Shown here in pieces: positions 47,004 through 56,822 of a DNA stretch of 64,000 nt. The translations under genes and the position numbers were made by a program. Below the pieces are notes generated by a model, which was not told the origin of the DNA, ran no database searches, and was given only the letters and a program-made list of their open reading frames with translations. Source of the DNA: an uncultured Candidatus Saccharibacteria bacterium (GTDB lineage Bacteria; Patescibacteriota; Minisyncoccia; Phycocordibacterales; UBA918); contig CAYNQD010000001.1 of the NCBI GenBank assembly GCA_964399295.1, forward strand, positions 335,672-399,671, read 5' to 3'. Positions within the stretch are counted from its first letter, which is position 1. Each line of letters starts with the position of its first letter.

Positions 47004-47870
47004 TCAGCTCAAGAATTTCTCGATAAATTTATCGTATCGAAACTTCTGGATTTTTGGCCATTTATGCATTCTGACCAGCAGCCAAGTTGCTCTTGTAAAT
47101 TCAAAGTCAGATTGAAAATTTGAAAGCTTTGGCAGGTTATGTTCAACGCAAATCTCATCAAGTAGCGTGAAATATTGCGCTCTTTGTTCCTCCAAAAATC
47201 TGTACTTTGCAAAGTACTCAAACTCTTGTGAATCTGGGAAGTAGTCTATAGAAACTATTCCACCAATCAGGTCGTGTCCAAATGGTGCATGGTAAGAATC
47301 CTCCAAATCTATAGCGCCTCCTGGGTACAAATTATGTGGATTGAAATCTCCATGACTAATAACGAATGGAAGTTCAGTTATCCTTTCCTGAATCTCTCTA
47401 AATCTGGACTGGATTTTTTCCGCATACTCTGGAAGTTCTTGGCAGAGAATGTCTAAATGAATACCATCAGCAAACCCTTCAAAGTTTCTGTCGGGGGTCT
47501 GAGTGTGTAGTTGTGCGCGAGCAAATTGATCAGTGATACTTAGAAACTGATTGAAACTTTCTTCGCTTATAGCTCCGGTTAATTCAGTCTCTTCGGCAAA
47601 TGCTGCACTAAGCGTCTTATCGCCAACTGAAGATTCAACAAAATAGACCCTTCCATCCAGCTCTCCTTCAGTAATTAGTCTTGCAACTGGAAATCCGGCC
47701 GACTCCATGCGTTTGTGAAGAGCTAGATCGGAATGTATTTTTGCCGCTACACCTATTCGTAAATATGAGTCAGGGCTTTTGTAGACAGCTGAATTACCAT
47801 CACGCTGTCCTTTTACAAACTCAAAGGTAGTTCCTTCAAGTTCAATTTTCTCAGGTATCTCTGATATCAT
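47004..47870 (-). CDS. phosphotransferase enzyme family protein (APH/choline-kinase-like fold)
   Basis: Catalytic loop HGDFNPHNL, downstream DLEDS. 288 aa. Substrate unknown. Confidence 0.65.
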   Translation of the reverse strand: MISEIPEKIELEGTTFEFVKGQRDGNSAVYKSPDSYLRIGVAAKIHSDLALHKRMESAGFPVARLITEGELDGRVYFVESSVGDKTLSAAFAEETELTGAISEESFNQFLSITDQFARAQLHTQTPDRNFEGFADGIHLDILCQELPEYAEKIQSRFREIQERITELPFVISHGDFNPHNLYPGGAIDLEDSYHAPFGHDLIGGIVSIDYFPDSQEFEYFAKYRFLEEQRAQYFTLLDEICVEHNLPKLSNFQSDFEFTRATWLLVRMHKWPKIQKFRYDKFIEKFLS

Positions 47871-47885
47871 TTATATAGCTCTCGC

Positions 47886-48122
47886 CTACAGCCCCAAAAG
47901 CTCGCGCAGCTTCCCTTCATCGAAACCAATCACCACGTCATTATCAATACGAATCACCGGCACTCCCATTTGATTTGTCAGCTTTACCATCTCCTCACGC
48001 TTGCTGGTATCCGTAGCGACATCGTGTTCGGTGAAATTTATGTTGTTTGCCTTAAAAAAATCCTTGGCTGAGTGGCAAAAATGACAAACTGGCGTACTGT
48101 AGATTATTACTGTTTTTTCCAT
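47886..48122 (-). CDS. glutaredoxin-like protein (CxxC: CHFC)
   Basis: 78 aa. YSTPVCHFCHSAKDFF thioredoxin-fold N-terminus, GVPVIRID. Confidence 0.7.
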   Translation of the reverse strand: MEKTVIIYSTPVCHFCHSAKDFFKANNINFTEHDVATDTSKREEMVKLTNQMGVPVIRIDNDVVIGFDEGKLRELLGL

Positions 48123-48166
48123 AAAAATTTATTACTTTCTAAAAGTGCCGTCATTATACCATTAAA

Positions 48167-48541
48167 TCACCAAAACTTATACCAAGGTCTGGTCTCTTCT
48201 GTCTTGGTGGTGGTAGCTGGAACTGAAGTGGAAACCTCATCATCAAGAATAATCACCACCTGCTCGTCCTTTCTGGCAATATCGAACTGTCTTCTCATTT
48301 CGGCCTCCATTCCCCTTTCGCTGGATAAATACTTGACCTCAACTTCCAAATTCGCGCGTCTTTCTTCAAGACTGGCCATATCTTCTTCCAAGCCAAACCG
48401 GCGGTCAGACATCTCTTTGGCAATTAAATAACGGTCATAAGCACTCCAAAATATAAAACCAGACAAAATAATCAGTATTCCCTGCGTAATTTTGGAATTA
48501 AAAACGGAACGCAATTTTCTTTTTTGATGAAAATCAAACAT
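48167..48541 (-). CDS. septum-formation initiator-like protein (FtsB/DivIC family)
   Basis: N-terminal TM helix followed by a coiled-coil (LEEDMASLEERRANLEVEVKYLSSER). Confidence 0.55.
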   Translation of the reverse strand: MFDFHQKRKLRSVFNSKITQGILIILSGFIFWSAYDRYLIAKEMSDRRFGLEEDMASLEERRANLEVEVKYLSSERGMEAEMRRQFDIARKDEQVVIILDDEVSTSVPATTTKTEETRPWYKFW

Positions 48542-48712
48542 GTGTTAATATTCTAGCATTATGAGCATACTTTTTTCCAAAAGAGGACGCGGGGTTGTGA
48601 AGTGGGTTTGGTTGGTGTTTTCGATTTTATTGATTCTTAGCATGATTTTTGCTTTTTCCGGCAGCATCGAGCTTTTTGCACCCGCTCCCGCGCCGATACC
48701 TACAACAAACCT

Positions 48713-50506
48713 CTAATCACTTTTAACCATTTTCATAAAGACTTCCTGAGGAATATGGACTTTTCCTTTTCCTCTTTCTAGCATTTTCTTCTTGCCGCGT
48801 TTTTGGTTTTCTCGCAGTTTCATTTTGCGAGTTATATCACCGCCGTAAAGATGTCCGGTGACATCTTTTTTCAAAGCCGACAAAGTCCTGGAAGCGATAA
48901 TTTTTCCGCGTACTTTGGCTTGAATCTTGGTCACAAACTGCTGTCTCGGTAAAGTATCATAAAGTTTTTCTACCATGGCACGCGCGTCAAATTCGGCTCG
49001 ACGCTCACCCACCACTCTCGAAAAAGCCGGAATCAATTCCTCCGCCACCAGTATATCCAGTCGCACCACTTCCGCTTGGCGCATCTCGGCAATTTCGTAA
49101 GAAAGCGAGCCGTACCCGCTGGTGGCGTTCTTTAATTTATCAAAGAAATTACGCATCAGTTCCCGCAGAGGCATCTCCAAAGAAATGATATTTCTGCCGT
49201 CGCCAAAGACTTCAGTATCTATCACCTGCGCCTCGTGTTCATAAAGCAGGGTCAAAACCGCGCCCATGTAGTCTGGAGGTAAAATAATTTGTCCCAATAT
49301 CCATGGTTCACGAATAGTGACTTTTTCGCCGTGATCGGGAAATCTGGACGCGGCGTAGATATTTTCAATTTCGCCGTCACTATTGGTGATTTCGTAGGAA
49401 ATTGAAGGGGCGGTGATGATAATGTCGATAGTGAATTCTCGCCGCAATCGTTCCGCAATAATTTCCATGTGCAACATTCCCAAAAAACCACACCGAAAAC
49501 CTCGTCCCAAGACTCCGGAAGATTCTTCTTCATAAGAAAGTGACGAATCAGACAATTTCAATCGCTCCAACGCTTGTTTTAAAATAGTGAAATCATCTTG
49601 CTCATCAGGGAAAATAGAAGCCCAGACCACCGGCCTAGCTTCCATGTAGCCAGTGAGTGCAGGGGCGGGGTTTTTGTCCATAATCAAAGTGTCGCCCACT
49701 GTCGCTACTCCGGGTTCTTTAATTCCTGTTACGATATAACCAATTTCGCCTGCTTTTAGGGAAGCGACGGGAGTTTCGCTTGGCGTAACAATACCTGTCT
49801 CAAGAGCGGTAAAAGTGCGTCCGCTAGCACTAAAACGCAGCAAATCACCCTTCTTCACTTCCCCATCAAAAACCCGCATAAAAACGATAATTCCCCGATG
49901 ATTTGAGTATTGGAAATCAAAAATCAAACCGCGGTAAGCATTTAGCTGGCTGGGTTGCGGCGGCGGAATTTTGACGCATATCTCCATCAACAATTTATCT
50001 ACTCCCTCGCCGGTTTTGCCAGACACAAAAATAATATCTTCTTTGGCGCATGAAAGCAGAGCCACCACTTCCGCACTCACTTCTTCCGGCCGGGAGTGTG
50101 GCACGTCGATTTTGGTCAAAACCGGGATAATGGTCAAGCCCTGCTCTCTGGCCATTTGGAGAGTGGTCAAGGTTTGCGCTTGTATGCCCTGTGTACTATC
50201 GACCAGCAGAAGCACTCCCTCTACGGCTTTCAAGGCCCTCGAAACTTCATACGAAAAATCAATATGCCCCGGGGTGTCAATTAAATTCAATTCGTAGATA
50301 TTACCGTTAAATTGATAATTCATGCGTACCGGTTGCATTTTGATAGTAATTCCCCGTTCCCGCTCCAAATCCATGGAATCAAGTACTTGCTCTTTCATTT
50401 TGCGCGCTTCTACTGTCTTTGTAATCTCAAGCATGCGATCGGCCAAGGTTGATTTTCCATGGTCGATGTGAGCGATAATGCTAAAATTGCGAATCTGTCT
50501 TTCCAT
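48713..50506 (-). CDS. lepA: elongation factor 4 (LepA)
   Basis: [31 protein letters not shown]-equivalent TKID, LepA-specific C-terminal domain. 597 aa. Confidence 0.9.
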   Translation of the reverse strand: MERQIRNFSIIAHIDHGKSTLADRMLEITKTVEARKMKEQVLDSMDLERERGITIKMQPVRMNYQFNGNIYELNLIDTPGHIDFSYEVSRALKAVEGVLLLVDSTQGIQAQTLTTLQMAREQGLTIIPVLTKIDVPHSRPEEVSAEVVALLSCAKEDIIFVSGKTGEGVDKLLMEICVKIPPPQPSQLNAYRGLIFDFQYSNHRGIIVFMRVFDGEVKKGDLLRFSASGRTFTALETGIVTPSETPVASLKAGEIGYIVTGIKEPGVATVGDTLIMDKNPAPALTGYMEARPVVWASIFPDEQDDFTILKQALERLKLSDSSLSYEEESSGVLGRGFRCGFLGMLHMEIIAERLRREFTIDIIITAPSISYEITNSDGEIENIYAASRFPDHGEKVTIREPWILGQIILPPDYMGAVLTLLYEHEAQVIDTEVFGDGRNIISLEMPLRELMRNFFDKLKNATSGYGSLSYEIAEMRQAEVVRLDILVAEELIPAFSRVVGERRAEFDARAMVEKLYDTLPRQQFVTKIQAKVRGKIIASRTLSALKKDVTGHLYGGDITRKMKLRENQKRGKKKMLERGKGKVHIPQEVFMKMVKSD

Positions 50507-50988
50507 ATTTATTTATAACAGTACTTTACCCTACCCCGACCACAAAAACTAGCCCCTGTTATCAGTCATAAATAATTTGAAAGATGTCAGTAATCTTAAA
50601 ACACAGTTGGCAAAGCCCTCCAGGAATTTGAGATTATTTCATGTACTTTAAGTAAATTCAATTTGGTATAGGGGAATATATGAGTTGTTTATATGTTGAA
50701 AATAAGTTAGTCTAATTTTCATGGAAGGCCCACTTGAGCAGTTAATAAAAGAAAGAAAACCAATCTTTAGAACCTTAACAAAGATTGCTGATAAAGAACA
50801 CACTGCTTACGAACTTGCTTCGCTCCTTCATGTGGATAGTCTTGACATAGTAACCCCTAGGGTTATTGCTTCAACAGATAAAACTATTTCAATGGAGTTT
50901 TTTCCAGGTATTTCTGCATTCCGAGCGCTTGAGTTGCTTTAATTTACAAACTGTCATAATGAGATAGAGAAACTTTTAGTTAAAATAT

Positions 50989-52557
50989 ATGAGAATTTTA
51001 GTTTTAGCACCATATAGCAGGCCTTGGGATGAATCAGATGCGGAAGGGAGCGGTATGAACATTTTTATTCGTGAAAGCTGTGAAGCGCTGGTAGCAGCGG
51101 GACATACTGTAGATGTTTGTATAAGAAAGTCTCGACCAGGAGATCAAGAGGTGTTTAAAATTCGTAAAGGCTTAAATGTTCACAGTCTTAAAGCTGGTTT
51201 GGTTGGAAAATTATCTCGACATGAAGTTTATAATGCCTTGCAAAAATCTGGATTTTCTGATGATTTGGTTGACAGAGCTGATTTGGTAATCGCACATTAT
51301 TGGATATCAGCACCTTGGATAAAAGCAGTTTCTGGAAAGTATCACGGTCGGATTCTGTATTTTTCTCATTCTCATTTTCTAAATCCATATCGTGAACAAG
51401 TTGATTCTTTGCACCAAAAAGCTGAAATTGGCTTGCTTGGTCGAGTGACTTGGTGTGCTTATAGTTCGGAGGAGTTTGAGAGTCTTTCCGACATTTTGCC
51501 TGAAGGAAGGTTGGCTATGACTCATCCTGGGGTGGAGAATGTGGTTGGATTTGGTGATTTAGAACGAACCAACGAGGTTTTGTTTGTGGGTAGGAAAAAT
51601 CATGCCAAAGGTTATGATTTATTTTGTGCAGTCGCTAATAGATTTCCATATCTTTCATTTGTGGCAATTGGTAGAGATGAGGTAGGGGATGATATCAATA
51701 CGGAACATGTTATTTCAGAGGATTTTTTGGAATTATCTAAGTTACAAAGAAGAATATCCGCCGCACGATTGGTTGTCTGCCCATCTCGCTATGAGCATTT
51801 TGGCTTGATTCCACTACTGGCACTTTCAGTCGGTACACCTGTTGTAGCTACAAATCGAGGTGGTTTTAAGGATGTAATAATTTCAGAAAGTACTGGCGTA
51901 TTATGTGAAAGTAATGTTGAGTCAATAGCTAATGCAATTAACTTAGCCCTTGATAAGTTACCTATACCAGCTCAGGACACAAAAGCCAAAGAAATTTTAA
52001 ATAAATACTCTTGGAATAATTGGGTGCGGGAAATACAAGCAGTGGCTACACAGACTGACAATTTGCTTCAGACTAAATTTTTAGAGGTTAGTGTGACACC
52101 TCACAAAACCAACGGTGCTGTTGTTTGGTACGAAAAAGTGAAATTGCCAGGTTCCGTTCATGTGATTCCGGTAAATGAAGATGGCACGTATGAATTTATA
52201 GAGGAAGATAGATACGATGAAGGTGTCTCGGGTAAGCTTCGAGTTCTTTCAGGTATAATTGAGAAAGGAGAATCTCCCGATCAAGCCGCTATCAGAGAAT
52301 TAAAAGAAGAAATTGGCTGGGAGACTGAAAGATTAGTCTTGATTTGGCATTCCATGACAAAAGGTACTGTTGAAGACCAGCGGTATTATTTTCTTGCTGA
52401 AAATTCAAAAAAAGGCGCCTCTATACCAGATACAACTGAAAGGATTGTTGATACGCGCTCTATTGCTAAAGAGGAACTATTAAAATTAGTACAGCAAGGA
52501 GTTTTTGGGGAATCATTTACGGCAGTTGCTCTCTTGAAGTTGTGTGGTATTTTATAA
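50989..52557 (+). CDS. GT4-family glycosyltransferase fused to C-terminal NUDIX hydrolase domain
   Basis: GT4 N-terminal region. EX7E-type motif EHFGLIPLLALSVGTPVVATNRGGFKDVI. Nudix box GIIEKGESPDQAAIRELKEEIGW about 120 aa from the C-terminus. Confidence 0.7.
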   Translation: MRILVLAPYSRPWDESDAEGSGMNIFIRESCEALVAAGHTVDVCIRKSRPGDQEVFKIRKGLNVHSLKAGLVGKLSRHEVYNALQKSGFSDDLVDRADLVIAHYWISAPWIKAVSGKYHGRILYFSHSHFLNPYREQVDSLHQKAEIGLLGRVTWCAYSSEEFESLSDILPEGRLAMTHPGVENVVGFGDLERTNEVLFVGRKNHAKGYDLFCAVANRFPYLSFVAIGRDEVGDDINTEHVISEDFLELSKLQRRISAARLVVCPSRYEHFGLIPLLALSVGTPVVATNRGGFKDVIISESTGVLCESNVESIANAINLALDKLPIPAQDTKAKEILNKYSWNNWVREIQAVATQTDNLLQTKFLEVSVTPHKTNGAVVWYEKVKLPGSVHVIPVNEDGTYEFIEEDRYDEGVSGKLRVLSGIIEKGESPDQAAIRELKEEIGWETERLVLIWHSMTKGTVEDQRYYFLAENSKKGASIPDTTERIVDTRSIAKEELLKLVQQGVFGESFTAVALLKLCGIL

Positions 52558-52596
52558 ACCGCTTTCTATTAAAAAGAGCTGTAGCAGTTCCCAACC

Positions 52597-54264
52597 CTAC
52601 TGTGGACCAATAACATCTTTTTTTAGGAAGAATTTGGCGTGCAGGGATTTGGAGATTTCTTCTAGTTCTTTTGATTTTAAAATATGATAAACCAAAATCG
52701 CGCTCAAAACGCCCACAAAGGCCGCCGTGGCTCCTTGCAGCAAAATACCCATAAAAGTTTCCTGATTGATGCCGTCCACGATAAAAATAAGAGTTGCGTA
52801 GGCCGACAGCCCAGCAGATAATCCCGCCAACACGGCTTCCACTATTCTCTTTCCGATTCCTTGCCATTCTAAGTCAAAGATCGAAGAAGCGACGGCAATT
52901 AAGATAATCATTTCTATAATCACTCCCGTCACAAACGCCAAAGCCAAAATAAAGACTTCCGTACCGGAAACACCTTCCAATCTAAAAACGCTCTCCAAAA
53001 AAGAGCGAAAAGCCAAAGAAGAATTAAACCAATTCAAAAATAAAAAAGCGGAGCTGATGGAAGCCGTCGCTCCAATCGTAGCAATAATAAGCGGCAAGCG
53101 AGTATTGCCACCGGCGTAGAAAGTCCTTATCAATAAAAGCATAAAAGACTGCGCGGTAAGAGCAATGATAAACAGGGCCAGCATAGCAGCCACCAAACGG
53201 GTATCATTCCAATCAAAAGCCCCACTACCCAAAACCACTCGGACGATTTGTGCACGCAATACTATGACCAAAGCAATAATCGGGAATGACCAAAAAATAA
53301 TGTGGCGGAGAGCCGTATAGACATGGATATTAAAAATATCGCGCTTCTTCTGCGCGAAGAGGTCTGCCAAAACCGGAAAAGCCGCCACGGAATAACTCAT
53401 GCCAATAATAGCCAACGGCACGGATTGCAAATTGAAAGCAAATTGAAAAATAGAAACCGAACCGACAGTCATCATTGTCGCCATACTGATAAATACCAGC
53501 AGTACCACCTGATGAATAGACAAAGTAATAGCTCTAGGAATGGCCACCATCAAGACAGAGCGCACTAGCTTTAAATCAAAAACTTTAACCAAACCAAAAG
53601 ACAGTTCGCTGCGCAAAATCAAGGGTAATTGTACCAACATGTGTCCGGCAGCACCCGCCACCACTCCCCAGACCAAACCCGACAAACCAAAAGCGGGATA
53701 AAGAAAAATAATTCCTAAAATTATCCCTAAATTATAAATCAAAGGACTAATGGCGTACAAAATAAAACGCTGTGACAATTGCGTTATCACGCCAAACAAA
53801 CTTGAAATACCAAGCAAAAAAGGCTGCAATAATAATATTCTAAGCAAAGTAACTAAAGTTTCATTATCAGCTCCAAAACCGGGAAATAGCATTTTCACTA
53901 AAAACGGAGCGAAAATAAATAGTAACAAGGCTAAACAAATATAGATAACTATAAATATAGTAAACATCTGCCCCAGAATATTTGAACCGGTTTTTACATC
54001 ATCATCTTCTTTGGCCCTAGCCACAAAGGGCAGCAAAACATAAACCGACAAAACCGAAGCGAATAAAACAAACAGCAAGTCAGGGATTTTAAAGGCCGTG
54101 TAATACAAATCCAATTCATTGCTCGCACCAAAAGTATGCGCCAACAAACGGTCTCTGATTAAGGCCAGAAGCTGCGAACCGAAAGCAAATAAAGCAAGAA
54201 TATACGCGGCTTGATGCAAGCCGCGTATTTCGCTATACATAAGTTTGAAGACTCGTTTTACCAT
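52597..54264 (-). CDS. murJ: lipid II flippase MurJ (MviN)
   Basis: 14-TM MOP-superfamily pattern with the MurJ N-terminus (LLALIRDRLLAHTFGASNELD). Confidence 0.8.
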   Translation of the reverse strand: MVKRVFKLMYSEIRGLHQAAYILALFAFGSQLLALIRDRLLAHTFGASNELDLYYTAFKIPDLLFVLFASVLSVYVLLPFVARAKEDDDVKTGSNILGQMFTIFIVIYICLALLLFIFAPFLVKMLFPGFGADNETLVTLLRILLLQPFLLGISSLFGVITQLSQRFILYAISPLIYNLGIILGIIFLYPAFGLSGLVWGVVAGAAGHMLVQLPLILRSELSFGLVKVFDLKLVRSVLMVAIPRAITLSIHQVVLLVFISMATMMTVGSVSIFQFAFNLQSVPLAIIGMSYSVAAFPVLADLFAQKKRDIFNIHVYTALRHIIFWSFPIIALVIVLRAQIVRVVLGSGAFDWNDTRLVAAMLALFIIALTAQSFMLLLIRTFYAGGNTRLPLIIATIGATASISSAFLFLNWFNSSLAFRSFLESVFRLEGVSGTEVFILALAFVTGVIIEMIILIAVASSIFDLEWQGIGKRIVEAVLAGLSAGLSAYATLIFIVDGINQETFMGILLQGATAAFVGVLSAILVYHILKSKELEEISKSLHAKFFLKKDVIGPQ

Positions 54265-54277
54265 AAAATATCCATTA

Positions 54278-56779
54278 TCAGTTTTCTATCATTTCTCCTT
54301 CTGTTTCCGTTACGATCTGATTTTCCGTATTGCTTGTATTACCCTTATTCAAGGGCGTTATTAGGCTGGTTGCCGGCAATTCAAGTGAGGTGGTGGTGTC
54401 ATCTTTGGTTTCTACCTGACCACCGTCCCTGACAGGGACAGACAAGCCCAAATCACTTTTTTCAAATTCCCCAGCCTCAATCTGACTTATCATGGTCTTT
54501 AATTCAGAATTATCGGGGTTGGTGGTGGCAATTATTTTCAATTGGGCCAGAGCTTCCGCCGGTCGCTCGGTATCAATATACGCTAAAGCTAGAAAATAAC
54601 GAGCGTTGGCGTAGTTGTTGTCCAAAGCAATGGCCCGCTCAAAGGCCTTGATGGCTTCGTATAAATTATTGGTGGTAGCCAGCAAAACCCCCAGTTGAAA
54701 ATATCTGGTGGGATTTAGGGGTTCGATATTTATAATTGATTTTGTTATCATTATGGCGTCTTCGGTTTTGTTTTCTCTAATATCTAGCTGTGAAAGCAAG
54801 AACAAAGCTTCAGTGTAATTATTTTTCAACTGAATGGCTTCAGTTAAATGCATGCGCGCGGTTTCAAAATCACCCTGACGAGCTGAAAGTTCGGCTTGCA
54901 AAACCAAGTAACTGGGATTTAAAGGGTCGAGGGAACGAGCTTTTTTAAAAGCGGTTTCTTTTCTTGATTTTAATTCTTCAAATTCGGATTGATTTATCAG
55001 TCCGTAAAAACTTGCCAATAGAGAGTAATTTACGGGATTGGTGGAATCAAGAGAGATTGCCAGCTCAGAAAGATTGATGCCCTCAACCAAAATCAAACCA
55101 AACCTTTCTTCATCATCCGTCGTCGGCTCTGGTATCGCCAAAAGCTGATTCAATTCAATCAACCGCAATCTAGCCCTTTCAGCCACAAAAACATCCTGAC
55201 CAAACATTTGCTGTGACCGCTGCAACATTAAATCAATTTCACCAAAATCAGAAGTCGTGGTAGAAGCTCTAACGGCATTGATGTAATTTACCTGAGCTAG
55301 ATATTGTTTGCTGATATTAAAAGCCGCCGTTCCGGTAGCGATAATCAGCAAAGTAATCGCCGTCAATAAAACCAGTCCTTGGCGGCGATTGCTGGTGACG
55401 TTTATGTTTATTTTCTTTTCCAAAGTCGTCATGCTATAGACAGCCAAAGCCAAGCCCGTGAAAAGAGCGGCCAAAAGCATGATGGTTGACCCTGGCACGT
55501 ACACAATACTAATCAACCACAAATAAACAGAGCCCACAAAAGTAATTACCCCAATCGAATACCAACCACCATCGAGCTTGGCCACAAAGAGAGTTTTGTA
55601 TCCGATATATAAAAACGCCAACAAAAACAACACAAAAATTGAACCGCCGGCAATACCGGTAGTAACAAACAAACTAGGCACCAGGCCACTACCGGCGCTA
55701 AAATTGGTATTCCAGAAGTTTGTTTGGTTTATGATAGGGTTTTTGTGTTGCCGCCAAGCATCCTCAAAACGATTGGCTCCCACCCCGAGCAAAGCGTCTT
55801 CCTTGTATACAGAATTGATTATATCGACAGTCGCCCCGAGTGACGGCCTGACTTCCAGGTAAGACACACCGGTTAATTTTCCTAAATTAGTACCCAAATA
55901 ATCACCAGCCGCGACGAAAGTAAAAGAAATCGCGACCACCAAACCCATCATAGCTAACGTAAATTTGCTTACCGGCATTTGTTCTTCCTCAGAAAGTCGT
56001 AGCCAAGTGTCTTTGGACAATCCATACAACAACATCAACAAGCTAAAAAGTCCCAGTATTATCCAAATAATGGTAAAATTAACCACCATAAGCAAAAATA
56101 AAGACAATACCAAAATCGCACCCAAGGCTATTTTTGCAAACAAATTTGCCGACAATTGCTGCAGTAACAACAAAACCACAATCACCACCAAGCCGGCAAA
56201 CAAAGCCAAATCATTAAAACTTCCAATATAAGAACTGATGTTGGTTGTAAAAAGCCCGAATGATAAAAATTCCGGCCCTAGGAAAATTCGTAAAGTTTGA
56301 GCTACAAGCAAGAAAGAGGTCGTGAGACCGAAAACTATAAATAATCTAGCTACCGCAGACTTAGCTTCACCAAAAGCCAAACCAACGGTCATGACCACTC
56401 CCAGCAAGATAAAAAAGCCCACTGTATGGATTTCAAACATATTGCCATACAAAGCGTCCACCCTATCACCAGACAACAAAGCCGAAGCCAGCATAATAAG
56501 AACGAACAACCAAAACAGCAATAAAGCCGAAGGTAAAGAAAATTTTATTTCCCCGCGCCTTAAAACCGATAGACAAAGAAAAACCGTCACCAAAAACACT
56601 CCGATTATAACGAAAAAGGATTTAGTGAAGCCAAGCGCCACAAAAGACCAAGGCAAAAAGAAAACCGGCAGCAAGCCAAACGTAACTATAAAAACAAATC
56701 TGGCCACACCCTGAAGCCAACTGCTGATATTGTCACGGTTTAGATTTTTTAGTTGGGGCAAAAAAATGTTGTCTCGCAT
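54278..56779 (-). CDS. O-antigen-ligase-like (Wzy_C) polytopic membrane protein with C-terminal TPR repeats
   Basis: At least 12 TM helices with a large loop typical of Wzy/WaaL. C-terminal TPR repeats (AIKAFERAIALDNNYANARYFLALAY). ATG at 56779 with RBS AGGAGA; the listed ORF begins at a TTG 6 nt upstream. Confidence 0.6.
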   Translation of the reverse strand: MRDNIFLPQLKNLNRDNISSWLQGVARFVFIVTFGLLPVFFLPWSFVALGFTKSFFVIIGVFLVTVFLCLSVLRRGEIKFSLPSALLLFWLFVLIMLASALLSGDRVDALYGNMFEIHTVGFFILLGVVMTVGLAFGEAKSAVARLFIVFGLTTSFLLVAQTLRIFLGPEFLSFGLFTTNISSYIGSFNDLALFAGLVVIVVLLLLQQLSANLFAKIALGAILVLSLFLLMVVNFTIIWIILGLFSLLMLLYGLSKDTWLRLSEEEQMPVSKFTLAMMGLVVAISFTFVAAGDYLGTNLGKLTGVSYLEVRPSLGATVDIINSVYKEDALLGVGANRFEDAWRQHKNPIINQTNFWNTNFSAGSGLVPSLFVTTGIAGGSIFVLFLLAFLYIGYKTLFVAKLDGGWYSIGVITFVGSVYLWLISIVYVPGSTIMLLAALFTGLALAVYSMTTLEKKININVTSNRRQGLVLLTAITLLIIATGTAAFNISKQYLAQVNYINAVRASTTTSDFGEIDLMLQRSQQMFGQDVFVAERARLRLIELNQLLAIPEPTTDDEERFGLILVEGINLSELAISLDSTNPVNYSLLASFYGLINQSEFEELKSRKETAFKKARSLDPLNPSYLVLQAELSARQGDFETARMHLTEAIQLKNNYTEALFLLSQLDIRENKTEDAIMITKSIINIEPLNPTRYFQLGVLLATTNNLYEAIKAFERAIALDNNYANARYFLALAYIDTERPAEALAQLKIIATTNPDNSELKTMISQIEAGEFEKSDLGLSVPVRDGGQVETKDDTTTSLELPATSLITPLNKGNTSNTENQIVTETEGEMIEN

Positions 56780-56822
56780 AACCAATATCTCCTAATTCTA
56801 GCACACACACAAACACCCCTAA

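Noticed and set aside
50721-50942. 73-aa ORF in the AT-rich spacer upstream of the GT4-NUDIX gene
   Set aside because: No RBS, no recognisable family; could be a gene remnant, but coding status is unsupported.
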